A stretch of 64,000 nt of DNA from Felis catus. Its lineage: Eukaryota. Shown one piece after another: positions 63,937 through 64,000 of the stretch. The stretch spans positions 222,272,001 through 222,336,000 of the forward strand of contig NC_058368.1 of assembly GCF_018350175.1 (NCBI RefSeq), written 5' to 3'. The first letter of the stretch is position 1. Every line of letters starts with the position of its first letter. The position numbers were made by a program, and so were the translations under genes. Under the pieces are notes generated by a model. It worked only from the letters and a program-made list of their open reading frames with translations, was not told where the DNA came from and searched no databases.

Positions 63937-64000
63937 TTTTTTTTTTTAATTTTTTTTCAACGTTTATTTATTTTTGGGACAGAGAGAGACAGAGCATGAA
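63937..64000 (-). mobile_element. Young felid SINE, 3' end (cut by window end)
   Basis: ttttcaacgtttatttatttttgggacagagagagacagagcatgaa identical to the young subfamily tail. Confidence 0.92.

Noticed and set aside
1..64000. CRISPR array, operon or other prokaryote-style system
   Set aside because: The sequence is clearly mammalian; recurring motifs are dispersed SINEs and microsatellites, not regularly spaced repeats.

Overview
AT-rich, repeat-dense, apparently non-coding mammalian DNA from a felid (cat-family) genome, identified by about 43 tRNA-derived carnivore SINEs including very young Felidae-type (SINEC_Fc-like) copies with intact target-site duplications (TSDs). I can support no protein-coding exon, RNA gene or CpG-island promoter, so this is most likely intergenic or deep intronic sequence. 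The listed ORFs are explained by SINEs, microsatellites, decayed L1 or chance. Other content: decayed L1M and carnivore L1 fragments (one still showing ORF1 and endonuclease motifs), L2/MIR, several MaLR (MLT1) and ERVL/ERV1 LTRs, and a probable Tigger-type MITE. The most notable item is a young, intact 634-bp gammaretrovirus-type solo LTR (13895-14528) with a perfect 4-bp TSD and CCAAT, TATA and polyA signals. Secondary observations are a probable very old ERVL pol fossil (~22.0-22.3 kb), three ancient ~70-110 bp local duplications spaced 1.1-1.45 kb apart (one inverted), a near-identical inverted SINE pair, and several template-switch scars. I found no convincing novel multi-gene system. Repeat family names come from recalled consensus motifs, not from a database search.
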